Below, one piece after another: positions 10,375 through 23,507 of a stretch of 64,000 bases of DNA; position 1 is the stretch's first letter, and every line of letters begins with the position of its first letter. The position numbers were made by a program, and so were the translations under genes. The stretch is taken from IMG/VR virus record IMGVR_UViG_3300037067_027616, positions 352,001 to 416,000 of that record; one strand, written 5' to 3'. The notes below the pieces were generated by a model, which was given only the letters and a program-made list of their open reading frames with translations, ran no database searches and was not told the DNA's origin. This stretch comes from a virus. Lineage: Duplodnaviria > Caudoviricetes.

Positions 10375-11694
10375 ATGGTACGTGTAGATGCTTCTAAAAA
10401 ATTTCAGACCATAGCCGGGTTTGGTGTGTTAGTACCCGCCCACACCGAAGCCCAATCGTCAGTATACAGCCATTCGTTTTTTGAAACTTTGGTAAATGAC
10501 CTAGGGTGCAACATCATTCGTGCCGAGTTCTTGACGCAGGATACGGAAACGCCAGATCCGGAAATGTTGGGTATCCAATTGAGGGATTTTAACGATTTAG
10601 TATCTATAAAGCCTGATTTGAAAGTTCTTGCCAGCATAAACAGTCCACCAAGTACGATGTGCGGAACAAGCGGCCGATTGAATCCCGAGTCCCGTATGGC
10701 TTTTGGAAAATACCTGCTCGATATGTGTGACACGTTCGGGCAACATGGGTGTCCCATTTATGGCCTTGGACTTCAAAACGGGCCAACTACCGCATACTCT
10801 TGTGAATACAACAAAGAAGAATACTATGAGATGTTCAAAGTGTTGTGCCTTCTTAAGTCACAAAGAGTAAGTTCTGTTAAACTTCTTGCGACGGAAGACG
10901 ATTCACATGCCACTCCAATGGTGGCTGAATTTGTGGATTGTATCAACTCCGACCAGACGATGAGAGGCTACTTGGATTTTTTAGGGGTTCAAGGGCACAT
11001 GAATATTTCTTGGGGATCCCTTGCGGAGTTGCGCAGGGTCAACCCGATGGCGACCCTCAAGGACGTTTACGACCACATATGTTCTACATTTGGAAACGCT
11101 GTCAATCCGTACGGAAAAGACAAATGGGTGGTTGAGGCTTGTGGTGAGGGGACGTCTTGGAAGGTTTACCGTGATTTTGACCGACTAATCACTATCAGAG
11201 ATCCCTTGTACTATTGCACAATTCCGACTGCGTCCATGGATTTGGCATTGAAAATAAACAGTTCCATGACCTGTGGCAACTTTTCATCGTATGTTTATGG
11301 GTTTGCAAGCACCGTTCCTGCAGATGGAACTTTCAACACAGATTTGGTGGACCCAAAGAACACCCTATGTTACCTAGGTATCAAATCGATGAAATACCAA
11401 GTAGCAAAGCATTTCTACAAATATGTGTTGCCGGGTATGACCAGAATAGATGCGAGTTCTGACGATATTGTGAGCAGTGCGTTTATGTCTGATAAGATTG
11501 TCGTTGTTTTGATACACGATGGAGAAACGATCAAAGAAAGTTCTGTAGAGTTTACAGGTTCCAATGTAAGCAAATTCACGTCATATAGTTCCGTGGAGAA
11601 AGAATACCATCATCAAGAATCTGGAAGCGTGGTGGGAAACAAAATTGACGTGATGATGTTGCCGAACAGTATCATCACTTTCGTAGTGGAATAG
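10375..11694 (+). CDS. GH30-like glycoside hydrolase fold (acid/base Glu apparently replaced)
   Basis: 'VDASKKFQTIAGFG', 'SPPS.M', 'LQNGP' (family QNEP), 'WVVE', 'HFYKYVLPGMTRI', C-terminal 'LPNSIITFV'. Confidence 0.8.
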   Translation: MVRVDASKKFQTIAGFGVLVPAHTEAQSSVYSHSFFETLVNDLGCNIIRAEFLTQDTETPDPEMLGIQLRDFNDLVSIKPDLKVLASINSPPSTMCGTSGRLNPESRMAFGKYLLDMCDTFGQHGCPIYGLGLQNGPTTAYSCEYNKEEYYEMFKVLCLLKSQRVSSVKLLATEDDSHATPMVAEFVDCINSDQTMRGYLDFLGVQGHMNISWGSLAELRRVNPMATLKDVYDHICSTFGNAVNPYGKDKWVVEACGEGTSWKVYRDFDRLITIRDPLYYCTIPTASMDLALKINSSMTCGNFSSYVYGFASTVPADGTFNTDLVDPKNTLCYLGIKSMKYQVAKHFYKYVLPGMTRIDASSDDIVSSAFMSDKIVVVLIHDGETIKESSVEFTGSNVSKFTSYSSVEKEYHHQESGSVVGNKIDVMMLPNSIITFVVE

Positions 11695-11698
11695 TACC

Positions 11699-13858
11699 AT
11701 GGCAAATACAATTTTAGCTGCCTTGAAAAGTGGAGCCCCTTATATCCCTGGGGCAGTCAATGGCATAGCCCGATCGATTAATGCGGGGGTATCTTGGGCT
11801 TTAGCGTATACGGCAGCCTCTCCTGTTATGGGCGTGTGTAATACAACATCTACCACAGCATTTGCAATAACCTATAATGGACATTTGTTGACATCCACGA
11901 ATACCGGTACATCTTGGTCAGATTTAGGGCTAATAAATGCAGGTGCTACAACTTGTACAGATATAGGGTACTTGGGAAATAATACTTTGGTGGTTGGGAA
12001 TGGTGCTGGTGCCTTCATTTCCTACAATACCGGTTCTTCATGGTCCGTTTTGCTATCTGCTCCCATTTCAATCAACAAGGTAGTTGATATGGGTGGAGGG
12101 CAAGCGTTGTTGATGGGAACCAATGGCGCCGGAGCAGGCTATGTAACAAAAACTGTAGACTACGGGGCAAATTGGACACCGATTGGTACTATTGGTACGT
12201 TCTACACCTATGATGCTGTCTACGCAGGCGGCGGTGTTGTATTGGCGTGCGGAGGAACTGCCTCACCCATCAATCAAGTTTATAAATCCTCGGATTCCGG
12301 AGCTACTTGGGGTTTGGCGTATAATGCTGGATTGGGGTATTGGGGAGAATCCATTGGTTGGTTACCCGGTACAAATTATGCATTCACTACGTTGCAAAGT
12401 ACATCAGTTGCTTCAACTAGGCCTTTGTATAGATCCCCTGATTTGGGGGGAAGTTGGGTATCCCTTGGTAATCAAAAAGCTGTTTCCCTCTATGGAGGGA
12501 GTGGATCTACTTTATATTCTGGCAGGACGACGTCTTTATGCGGTGGGGGCGGTGGCGACGTCTACGCTGCTTCTATTTATGTATCACTGGATCTTGGGGG
12601 TACTTGGCCAAGAACAGCTACTCCGTACGACCCCAACAGATTTTTAGAAATATCCGGTGCTGTCGCTCCCGTGTCCGATTTTTCGGGCAATCCCCTCACC
12701 GGCGTGGAGCCGTTGGGGGTTACGTTCACCGACTTGTCAACGAACACCCCGACAAGTTGGCTGTGGAATTTCGGAGATGGATCGACAGGCGCCGACCAAA
12801 ACCCGTACCACACATATACGGGAATGGGTAGCTACACTGTCGATTTGACAGCGACTAATGGCACAGGCAGCGATACAGAAACAAAGCCAGACTATATCCT
12901 TGTTTTGCCGTTACCTCCGATTGTGGACTTCTATGGAAGCCCTGAAACAGGTTTCCAGCCACTCGGCGTGACATTCATGGACGCGTCAACCGGGTTAGTA
13001 GATACCCGCCTGTGGGAATTCGGGGATGGGTCTACAGGATCCGACCAAGACCCATATCACACATACACGGGCGCGGGGAGTTATACCGTTTCGTTGACGG
13101 CCGGAAACACAGGTGGAAGTGACTCCGAAACAAAAGCAGACTACATAACGGTTTATGGCCCGCCGACCGCCGATTTCTTTGGTCTTCCGTTGACGGGTTT
13201 AGAGCCTTTGGGCGTCACTTTTACGGACTTGTCCACAGGGATGCCCGTATCTTGGCTGTGGAATTTCGGGGACGGAGTAACTGGGACTGACCAGAACCCG
13301 TATCACACATACACGGGCGCCGGAAGTTACACGGTTTCTTTGGATGCAATTAATCCCGGTGGAAGCGACACAGAAACGAAGATTGATTACATCATCGTGG
13401 AACTCGACCAACCTGTGGCCGATTTCTACATGAACAAGACGTCTGGGTACACCCCGTTGAGTGTGCATTTCACCGATTTGAGTACGTCCGTAAGTCCGAT
13501 CGTTTCGTGGCTGTGGGCTTTCGGAGATGGCTCCACGTCAACCAACCAGAATCCGGCGCACACCTACACGATGCCCGGAGTATACACGGTCACGCTTACC
13601 GTGTGGAATGCTCTTGGAAGATTCGACACCGAAACAAAATCACGCGTGCTTGCGGTTGCTTTAGGTACACCGTCTTTGATGACGTATGATATAGCCCCGC
13701 CTCAAGGTGACGAGATGCTGGCACACATGGCTGACACGGGGGATGCCTCGAATAATATGTACCTTGTGGGCATAAAATATTACATCCCGATGGATCAAAG
13801 TTCTCCAGACCCGAGCGGATTCAAGAGGCCGATGGGACCCTCGATAATATTCGATTAG
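11699..13858 (+). CDS. BNR/Asp-box beta-propeller plus four PKD domains
   Basis: Repeated S-x-D/N-x-G-x-T/S-W boxes (SINAGVSW, STNTGTSW, SSDSGATW, SPDLGGSW, SLDLGGTW); four 'W.FGDG.T..DQ/NQ.P.HTYT' PKD repeats. Confidence 0.85.
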   Translation: MANTILAALKSGAPYIPGAVNGIARSINAGVSWALAYTAASPVMGVCNTTSTTAFAITYNGHLLTSTNTGTSWSDLGLINAGATTCTDIGYLGNNTLVVGNGAGAFISYNTGSSWSVLLSAPISINKVVDMGGGQALLMGTNGAGAGYVTKTVDYGANWTPIGTIGTFYTYDAVYAGGGVVLACGGTASPINQVYKSSDSGATWGLAYNAGLGYWGESIGWLPGTNYAFTTLQSTSVASTRPLYRSPDLGGSWVSLGNQKAVSLYGGSGSTLYSGRTTSLCGGGGGDVYAASIYVSLDLGGTWPRTATPYDPNRFLEISGAVAPVSDFSGNPLTGVEPLGVTFTDLSTNTPTSWLWNFGDGSTGADQNPYHTYTGMGSYTVDLTATNGTGSDTETKPDYILVLPLPPIVDFYGSPETGFQPLGVTFMDASTGLVDTRLWEFGDGSTGSDQDPYHTYTGAGSYTVSLTAGNTGGSDSETKADYITVYGPPTADFFGLPLTGLEPLGVTFTDLSTGMPVSWLWNFGDGVTGTDQNPYHTYTGAGSYTVSLDAINPGGSDTETKIDYIIVELDQPVADFYMNKTSGYTPLSVHFTDLSTSVSPIVSWLWAFGDGSTSTNQNPAHTYTMPGVYTVTLTVWNALGRFDTETKSRVLAVALGTPSLMTYDIAPPQGDEMLAHMADTGDASNNMYLVGIKYYIPMDQSSPDPSGFKRPMGPSIIFD

Positions 13859-13867
13859 GAAGAAACG

Positions 13868-14521
13868 ATGCTCAAAAAAAGATCTGGACAGGTCATGGCG
13901 AGTGTAACTCCGAACTACTCGGACGAGTCGGTGCGCATAGAGTCCGGTTCGGTTGTCATCGAGAACAGTTGGGTGAACTACGACTCCGTCTTGTTCAAAC
14001 TCACAGACTATATATCCTCAATGGTGAAGCCTCCAAGGACACGTTTTTTCCAGAACCGTTCTTTTGCAGTGTACTTGATGGTTGGTTTGGACATCGATGA
14101 AGGTATAAAAGTGGTTGAAGGCAGGCAGGTGCCATTCACGACAGTCGGGTCAGTACCAAGACCAGTATCATACAAAATAGTACCCCTCGTAGGCGTTATC
14201 GCTATTCAAGATGGCTCCAACGATTTGAATAATGGATATCTCCCGCTCAAGGACGAATACATCGAGTTTTTCAACGGGTCTGGCAATATCGTAAACCGTA
14301 ACCTGAAGGGCATAACTGGCGTAGACAGTAATGTGGTTGGGGCCACAGGCGCCGGCGGTTTTACGGGCCTTTTCGGGCTTCCTGGCTCGAGTGGGTGGGT
14401 AGGCAGACAGGGAGATACGGGATTGCAACCCCCAGCACCCCGTGGTGAGACCGGGATTCAAGGTATGACAGGCATTAATTGGCAGATTCACGTCCCCCTT
14501 GTTAGCTTTTTCTACTCCTGA
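13868..14521 (+). CDS. Virion protein with short collagen-like tail (paralog of 14577 and 1974 N-terminus)
   Basis: 'SGSVVIENSWVNY…PLVGVIAIQDG'; GATGAGGFTG repeats. Confidence 0.6.
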   Translation: MLKKRSGQVMASVTPNYSDESVRIESGSVVIENSWVNYDSVLFKLTDYISSMVKPPRTRFFQNRSFAVYLMVGLDIDEGIKVVEGRQVPFTTVGSVPRPVSYKIVPLVGVIAIQDGSNDLNNGYLPLKDEYIEFFNGSGNIVNRNLKGITGVDSNVVGATGAGGFTGLFGLPGSSGWVGRQGDTGLQPPAPRGETGIQGMTGINWQIHVPLVSFFYS

Positions 14522-14576
14522 TATTTTTGGGTGATACTCTTCTCATTTTCCTTATCTTTCGATAGGTGGGAAGCGC

Positions 14577-15305
14577 ATGGCCATGAAGTTCAAGAATAAA
14601 AAGGACTTTGGCCTCAAGATGCGCGACGGAAACCTCCGTGCGGAGAACACCGCGTTGGTTAAGGGTGGTTCCGTTGTCGTCGGTGAACGTTGGGTGCAAT
14701 ATGCTGACCTGCGTCTCGACGTGCAGCAACTTGTGGCCGACTACATGGCATCGGTTTCGCGGAGGATATTCAATTTCCGCGGCGATACCATGTATGTGCT
14801 CGTCTGCGTGGACGGGTACGGCGCGCCGCGCATTGTCCCCAGCATCGCCATGAACAGGAAGAATTTCGGGGACATCAAAACGTTCCCGGATCTTTCAGGT
14901 TTACTACCTCTCATGCTTGTGAGGCTTCAGCACGATGGCTCCGAGAATTTGAGTGCGATGCTTTCGATAACGGAGCAGGACATCAAGATCTACAAGGGAT
15001 ACGGGAATTTCACGCCACGTGGCGCTCGTGGAGCAACAGGTATCAGGGGTGACACGGGCTACCAAGGGATGACCGGGTGGCCAGGGCTTGTGGGTTACGG
15101 GGGCGTAACGGGGGCGCAGGGATGCACGGGCATGTTGGGGTTGTGGCTACAAGGTGCAACAGGTTCTAACGGTTTGTCTGGAGCATCGGTGCCGGCGTTC
15201 CAGAGCAGTTTCTCGACATACATACAGGACGTTGTTGATGACAGCATCGATGCGTGGATAGACACCGTCGATGACGGTGAAGACACTATTCAAGACACGG
15301 TTTAA
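14577..15305 (+). CDS. Virion protein with collagen-like segment (paralog of 13868)
   Basis: '[13 protein letters not shown]…[11 protein letters not shown]'; [16 protein letters not shown]. Confidence 0.6.
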   Translation: MAMKFKNKKDFGLKMRDGNLRAENTALVKGGSVVVGERWVQYADLRLDVQQLVADYMASVSRRIFNFRGDTMYVLVCVDGYGAPRIVPSIAMNRKNFGDIKTFPDLSGLLPLMLVRLQHDGSENLSAMLSITEQDIKIYKGYGNFTPRGARGATGIRGDTGYQGMTGWPGLVGYGGVTGAQGCTGMLGLWLQGATGSNGLSGASVPAFQSSFSTYIQDVVDDSIDAWIDTVDDGEDTIQDTV

Positions 15306-15317
15306 GAGGAAATTATC

Positions 15318-18272
<2,955 letters not shown>

Positions 18273-18273
18273 T

Positions 18274-18408
18274 ATGGCAAACACGACCATATTTTTTAAT
18301 TTGGCTAATCATGCAACGTGGGCGGTTGACGCATACTACCTGTCGAGTAAAGCTAATTTGATTAGCATCTACTTGAAATTAAATGCCGTTGGTAGGGTGA
18401 TAGGATAA
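18274..18408 (+). CDS. Small 44-aa protein (not in ORF track)
   Basis: ATG 18274 to TAA 18408, MANTTIFFNLANHATWAVDAYYLSSKANLISIYLKLNAVGRVIG; fills the gap between two fibre genes exactly. Confidence 0.5.
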   Translation: MANTTIFFNLANHATWAVDAYYLSSKANLISIYLKLNAVGRVIG

Positions 18409-18414
18409 CGACAC

Positions 18415-20007
18415 ATGATCACTAGGTACGTCAACACGGCGAGTACAGCGGGGGGCAATGGCACCACCAACGACACGGCAGGGGCTAATAGGGCTTACGC
18501 TAGTTTATTTGCAGCAAATGCCGCTTTAAACGCCGCTAAAGTTTCTGATGATTTGACCATTATGTGTTGTGGGACAGCCGCAGATACTACCGCTGTTTCT
18601 ATCGGTACTTTAGTTACAAATTTAGCACTCTATACCGTAACAATTAAAGGAAATCCTGACCATGTAGCAGGAAAACATCGTGGATATTTAAGCGATAGTC
18701 ATTATCGAATAGTAACCAACGTCGGCAGTGAAAAATGTTTGTCACTGCTCGGTGCGGGAAAAAAGATAAATGTTGATGGCATTCAGTTAGTAGGTACCAG
18801 TACATATAACTGGTGCTTAATGATGTATGACTTAGCATCTTGCACCATTTCTAATTGCATCGGTGTAACAACGTATAGGGGGGCTGAGATTACTGGTTCG
18901 GTTCCTGTGATATTCAAAAATTGTGTAATTAGTTCAGGATCTAATGTTGGTATTTTGAATAGTATGGGGACATTCAATGTATATAACACATTGTTACGAG
19001 GGTTTAATAGACCTATTTCTGGCGGAGTAATTGTTAAAAACTGTATTGCTTTTGGCAGTAGCCTAGAAATGACTGCCGGCACAATCGATTATTGTGCTAC
19101 AGATCATGGCTCTGGTTCACATCCAATATCTGTATCAAGTTGGGCAGACCAATTTTATAATGCTAATTACATAGCAGATGTTGACTTTAGATTAAAAACT
19201 ACATCTGTTCTTATCAATGCAGGAGTAGGCCCTGCTTTAGATGCTAATATACCAACTACTGATATAATAGCGCACGAGAGATCCGGGAACACCACTACAG
19301 TAGGCCCGTTCGAATATTGGAATGGATATATCCCGGGGGCGTTCCCCAACGACCCTTACGATGGGGAAGAACACCGAGCCATTCTGACTAAAAGCCTCTA
19401 CGTGTACGATGCCTCACGTACAAGGTGGGGGAAAAGCCTCTACTACTCCATGGGCGAAACAGGACTGAAAGGCATCACAGGGGCGGGTACACCAGGCCTG
19501 CAGGGTGCCACAGGGGTGGCAGGATCGACGGGGGTGGCGGGTATAGTGGGCATCGCCGGGGCTACAGGAATAGGCACGCAGGGGGAAACCGGTAGTCAAG
19601 GAATTACAGGAATGTCAGGATTGACGGGCCCGCAAGGAGATACAGGCCCTGACTCAGGAGTGACAGGGTGCTTCAATTTTGTCATGAACAACCCTTCCAC
19701 AGGTATCGCCGGGCAGGTCATGTTACCTTACAGCTTGCAGATTGACTCGTGGGAAGTGGTTTCTTCAGATGTCACCAAATTCAGGTCTGAATTGAGGACC
19801 GGCCCGTATAGTGCGTGGCCACCGAGTTACTCCATGAACGGCAGTGTAACAGGGCCACACATTGGGGATGATTTCAAGAACGCATCGTACGACTTGTCTG
19901 GGTGGGCAGGCACTACGGGGGCCTATGGTGATTGGATGACCCTTCATGTTGAGGACTCTGATTCTCCGGAGAGTATCACTGTGGTTTTAGGATATCACCA
20001 GGTGTAA
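18415..20007 (+). CDS. Fibre protein: beta-helix (pectin-lyase-like) + collagen + shared C-terminal domain
   Basis: N-terminal 'RYVNTASTAGGNGTTN'; 'I.NC' beta-helix rungs; 'DFRLK…LINAG…VGPFEY' cap; GxTG repeats. Confidence 0.75.
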   Translation: MITRYVNTASTAGGNGTTNDTAGANRAYASLFAANAALNAAKVSDDLTIMCCGTAADTTAVSIGTLVTNLALYTVTIKGNPDHVAGKHRGYLSDSHYRIVTNVGSEKCLSLLGAGKKINVDGIQLVGTSTYNWCLMMYDLASCTISNCIGVTTYRGAEITGSVPVIFKNCVISSGSNVGILNSMGTFNVYNTLLRGFNRPISGGVIVKNCIAFGSSLEMTAGTIDYCATDHGSGSHPISVSSWADQFYNANYIADVDFRLKTTSVLINAGVGPALDANIPTTDIIAHERSGNTTTVGPFEYWNGYIPGAFPNDPYDGEEHRAILTKSLYVYDASRTRWGKSLYYSMGETGLKGITGAGTPGLQGATGVAGSTGVAGIVGIAGATGIGTQGETGSQGITGMSGLTGPQGDTGPDSGVTGCFNFVMNNPSTGIAGQVMLPYSLQIDSWEVVSSDVTKFRSELRTGPYSAWPPSYSMNGSVTGPHIGDDFKNASYDLSGWAGTTGAYGDWMTLHVEDSDSPESITVVLGYHQV

Positions 20008-20010
20008 AGT

Positions 20011-21642
20011 ATGGTAACCAGATACGTTAATACAGCATCGACTGCGGGTGGAAACGGCACCACTAATGATATAGTGGGGGCTAATAGGGCTTTTGCTTCT
20101 CTACAAGGGGCCGCAACTGCCTTGGTTTCATTGAATGCTGATGACAACTTGGAAATAGTGTGTTGTGGTTCAGTAGCAGATATAAATGCCCCAACAGTTG
20201 TAGTAACCGGGATGGTAACAGCGGGGCATACGGTAACTATAAAAAGTAATAGAAACGTTTCAAGTGGATTTCATGGCGGAATATGGAATGGTAACACATA
20301 CCGAATTGTTAGTACTTCTGCTAATTATGCACTTTCAATAGGTACAACTGCTCGTGTTTTTATTGTTGACGGAATTCAGTTTCATCAAGCGTATAATTCT
20401 TCTTGTTTTCAATGTGGCTCCTATTCTCCAGAAGGAACAACAATAAAAAATTGCGTCTTTAAAGGTTCTGGAGCGCTCAATGCTCAATTGATAGTGTTCT
20501 CTGGTTCCCAAGCTAAAATAATTGTGCATAATTGTGCATTAAGTAACAGTTCAGGTCTGGCTAATACAAGAGGAATTCATTTTGATTTAAGTTCATATGG
20601 CTCTGGAAAAGTATATAATTGTGTTTTATCCGGATTTAATTATGGTATTGCAGCAGGATACACCACAGCAAAAAACTGCATAGCTTTTAATAATAATGTT
20701 GATATTAGCGTAGGTACGATAGACCATTGTGCTTCTGATGATGGTGTTGGAACAAATCCCATAGTTGTATCTAATTGGGCAGACCAATTCTATAATGCAA
20801 ATTATTTGGCAGATTGTGACTTCAGATTAAAATCAACTTCTGTCCTTCTCAATGCGGGTATAGGTCCTGCTTCGGATTCAGTTGTCCCTGTTGATGATAT
20901 TATTGCGTTTGAGCGTTCGGGAATTACGGCAACAGTAGGCCCGTTTGAATATAAATGGAACTATGTCCCGTGTGTGGTGAACACTTTGCATGGATCCACA
21001 GGCGGTCAGTTTTGGAGCACGAAATGCATGCCCAGCAGGCATTTCGTTAAGTATTCCAGGGGGTTGTCGGATAACTTAGGTACAACAGGTTTGCAAGGAT
21101 CCACAGGCATACCCCTTCAAGGAATAACAGGTACACAAGGTGTCCAAGGCGAAACAGGCGTACAAGGCGCCCAAGGCGTAACAGGAGTAGGACTTGATGG
21201 TGCAACCGGAGTCCAAGGAGCGACCGGAGTCCAAGGGGGAGCCACAGGGTTACGGGGAGTGGTCGGGATCCTTCCTGGAACAACCGGCGTGATGATGCTT
21301 TCATTTGATGGTGGCGACACGGCGATTCAAGTCGGGTACCGTACCACAGCAAAACTGCCATACAAAAGTGTTATCAATGGGTGGGAGGCGGTGCTCACGG
21401 AAACAGGTACATTTGTGACCGAATTGTCCGTGGGGTCGTACGCCAATTGGGCCTCGGCGGTAACAATGAATACGGGTGACACGGGCCCACACGTGATCAA
21501 TGGAATAAAGAATAGTGATGAGGACTTGTCCAATTGGGCAGGAACCACGGGTGCCTACGGGGAGTATCTGCAAGTCAACGTCCTGCAGTCAACGGTGAAG
21601 CAGGCATCGGTGGCTTTAAAACACTACGAGAATAGGACATAA
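20011..21642 (+). CDS. Fibre protein paralogous to 18415 (beta-helix + collagen + C-terminal domain)
   Basis: Same N-terminal motif and 'WADQFYNANY..DFRLK' cap; GxTG collagen. Confidence 0.75.
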   Translation: MVTRYVNTASTAGGNGTTNDIVGANRAFASLQGAATALVSLNADDNLEIVCCGSVADINAPTVVVTGMVTAGHTVTIKSNRNVSSGFHGGIWNGNTYRIVSTSANYALSIGTTARVFIVDGIQFHQAYNSSCFQCGSYSPEGTTIKNCVFKGSGALNAQLIVFSGSQAKIIVHNCALSNSSGLANTRGIHFDLSSYGSGKVYNCVLSGFNYGIAAGYTTAKNCIAFNNNVDISVGTIDHCASDDGVGTNPIVVSNWADQFYNANYLADCDFRLKSTSVLLNAGIGPASDSVVPVDDIIAFERSGITATVGPFEYKWNYVPCVVNTLHGSTGGQFWSTKCMPSRHFVKYSRGLSDNLGTTGLQGSTGIPLQGITGTQGVQGETGVQGAQGVTGVGLDGATGVQGATGVQGGATGLRGVVGILPGTTGVMMLSFDGGDTAIQVGYRTTAKLPYKSVINGWEAVLTETGTFVTELSVGSYANWASAVTMNTGDTGPHVINGIKNSDEDLSNWAGTTGAYGEYLQVNVLQSTVKQASVALKHYENRT

Positions 21643-21644
21643 AG

Positions 21645-22322
21645 ATGGCGTTCCCAACCGGGGCCATAAACGACCAAGTTTACACATCCAAATACGGGAC
21701 GCGCTACAAGTACGTCTCGGCCTCGAATAAATGGTTGCAGTATGCCGCCCCTTTGTATGGGAGCATCGGGGAGCAGGGGATGACGGGTGCGCCCGGTTTG
21801 ACGGGTACTCAAGGAAGCATCGGTGTGGCCGGGGAGACAGGATCGCAGGGTGTACAAGGAACCGCAGGCGCCACAGGCGGCCCGGGTACACAAGGGGCTA
21901 CGGGAATTGCTGGTGAAGCGAGCGAAGGGGCTATTGGTATTATCGGTTACTACGGTGCAGCCACGGGAGTCCTGTCTTTTTCATTAAATGCCGGGGACTC
22001 GTATCTTAAACGATACACGCAAGTCACCGTGAAGGTCCCCTACAACATTAATTTGAACTCTTGGGAAGTTGTTTCTAAAGAAACAGGATTTTTTTCCTGT
22101 GACGTGAAGGCCTGTAATTATTCAGATTGGCCTGAACCTTATACGATGAATCTTGGGGGCACTGGACCCTATTTGAATAATGCAATCAAAAACAGTGCGT
22201 CTTCCATGTCTGGGTGGACAGCAACAAACGTTCCATCGCCCAACTATATGCAGGCGTATGTAGGTTCTGGAACCACCGGGGTTAAGAACATCACGGTTTC
22301 GTTGAACTACTCGAGGTATTAG
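21645..22322 (+). CDS. Collagen + C-terminal domain protein (equivalent to second half of 18415/20011)
   Basis: Starts MAFP…Y.Y…NKW like the internal 'GAFPNDP…YVYDASRTRW' of 18415; shared C-terminal domain. Confidence 0.7.
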   Translation: MAFPTGAINDQVYTSKYGTRYKYVSASNKWLQYAAPLYGSIGEQGMTGAPGLTGTQGSIGVAGETGSQGVQGTAGATGGPGTQGATGIAGEASEGAIGIIGYYGAATGVLSFSLNAGDSYLKRYTQVTVKVPYNINLNSWEVVSKETGFFSCDVKACNYSDWPEPYTMNLGGTGPYLNNAIKNSASSMSGWTATNVPSPNYMQAYVGSGTTGVKNITVSLNYSRY

Positions 22323-22324
22323 CC

Positions 22325-23314
22325 ATGGTATACAGGTATGTAAACACTGATTCTACTGCTGGTGGTAATGGAACCACCAACGAAACCGCAGGTGATAATC
22401 GGGCTTGGGCAACCATGGCAGAGGCAGAACTTGCATTGAGGAACGGAAGCATCAGTGACGATCTTAAAGTTCTGTTTTGTGGTTCGGCCATAGACAGCAA
22501 CTCTTCTCAAGTGTCTTGGCTACAAAACACATATACTTATGTAACGGGTGCTAAAAATATATTTTTGTATGCAAACAGTAAAGACCCAAAGGGTTATCAC
22601 GGAGGGGTTTGGAAAAATGACAGATACATATTTCAAAGTACTACAAGCACGGATCCTGCCGTTTTGTTCAAAGCGGGAGGTGGTTCTGATATCTATATAA
22701 ATGGGTTGCAGTTTCTAATGTCAAATACGGGTTCCGGTGTATCATTATATGTTGATGGATCTGGTGCTAGTAATTATGCCTCGATGAACAGATGCTTGAT
22801 AAAAAGAACAACAACCGGGACAGGTTCTACAGTAATGTCAAATGGGTATGAGGGCGGTGTATCTTTTTACAACACAATTGCTGTTGGAACAGGATATGGG
22901 TTTGGTTTTGCCCAAGAGAGATGGACAAGTTATGCTAATTGTTTAGCATACAACTTTAATCGTGGGATAGGTAGCGCAGGTTACCAACCGCAGGTGTATA
23001 ATTGTGTATCGTTTAACAATGTTCAAGAGGATATATACAACGCTTCTACCATAGATTATTGTGCCACTGATGACGGGATGGGGACACACCCTGTAGTGGT
23101 GAGTAATTGGTCCGACCAATTCAGCAATCCGAATTACGCCACCGACATGGATTTCCGGTTGAAACCGACATCCATTCTCATAAAAGCCTGCCCGGCGTAT
23201 GTGGGGGCTTCTATGGGAAGCGCCCTCAGGTCAGGCTTAACGGAAATAGGCCCGTTCGCGTATACATTTTTCAAACAACGATATCCTGTTGTTTTTTCCT
23301 CGCAAGGTAAATGA
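22325..23314 (+). CDS. Stand-alone beta-helix protein (equivalent to first half of 18415/20011)
   Basis: 'RYVNTDSTAGGNGTTN' and 'WSDQFSNPNY..DFRLK…IGPF'. Confidence 0.7.
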   Translation: MVYRYVNTDSTAGGNGTTNETAGDNRAWATMAEAELALRNGSISDDLKVLFCGSAIDSNSSQVSWLQNTYTYVTGAKNIFLYANSKDPKGYHGGVWKNDRYIFQSTTSTDPAVLFKAGGGSDIYINGLQFLMSNTGSGVSLYVDGSGASNYASMNRCLIKRTTTGTGSTVMSNGYEGGVSFYNTIAVGTGYGFGFAQERWTSYANCLAYNFNRGIGSAGYQPQVYNCVSFNNVQEDIYNASTIDYCATDDGMGTHPVVVSNWSDQFSNPNYATDMDFRLKPTSILIKACPAYVGASMGSALRSGLTEIGPFAYTFFKQRYPVVFSSQGK

Positions 23315-23507
23315 TAGCGGTAGATGAAACCGCTCTCTGCGTAATTTCCTACTAATACCCGCACCTCTACGTGGGTCTCATGGAACTCTTGAAACAAGAG
23401 CGCGTTGATTCATTTTGCAATGACGGTCACTATGAGGTCTCCGTCGATTGCAAGCCAACGACTTCAGTCGTGGGTAGTTTACGATTACATCCATATAGGC
23501 ACGTATA

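Noticed and set aside
18415-23314. Diversity-generating retroelement acting on the paralogous fibres
   Set aside because: No reverse transcriptase in the window and no TR/VR pair differing only at adenines was seen; the similarity is ordinary paralogy.
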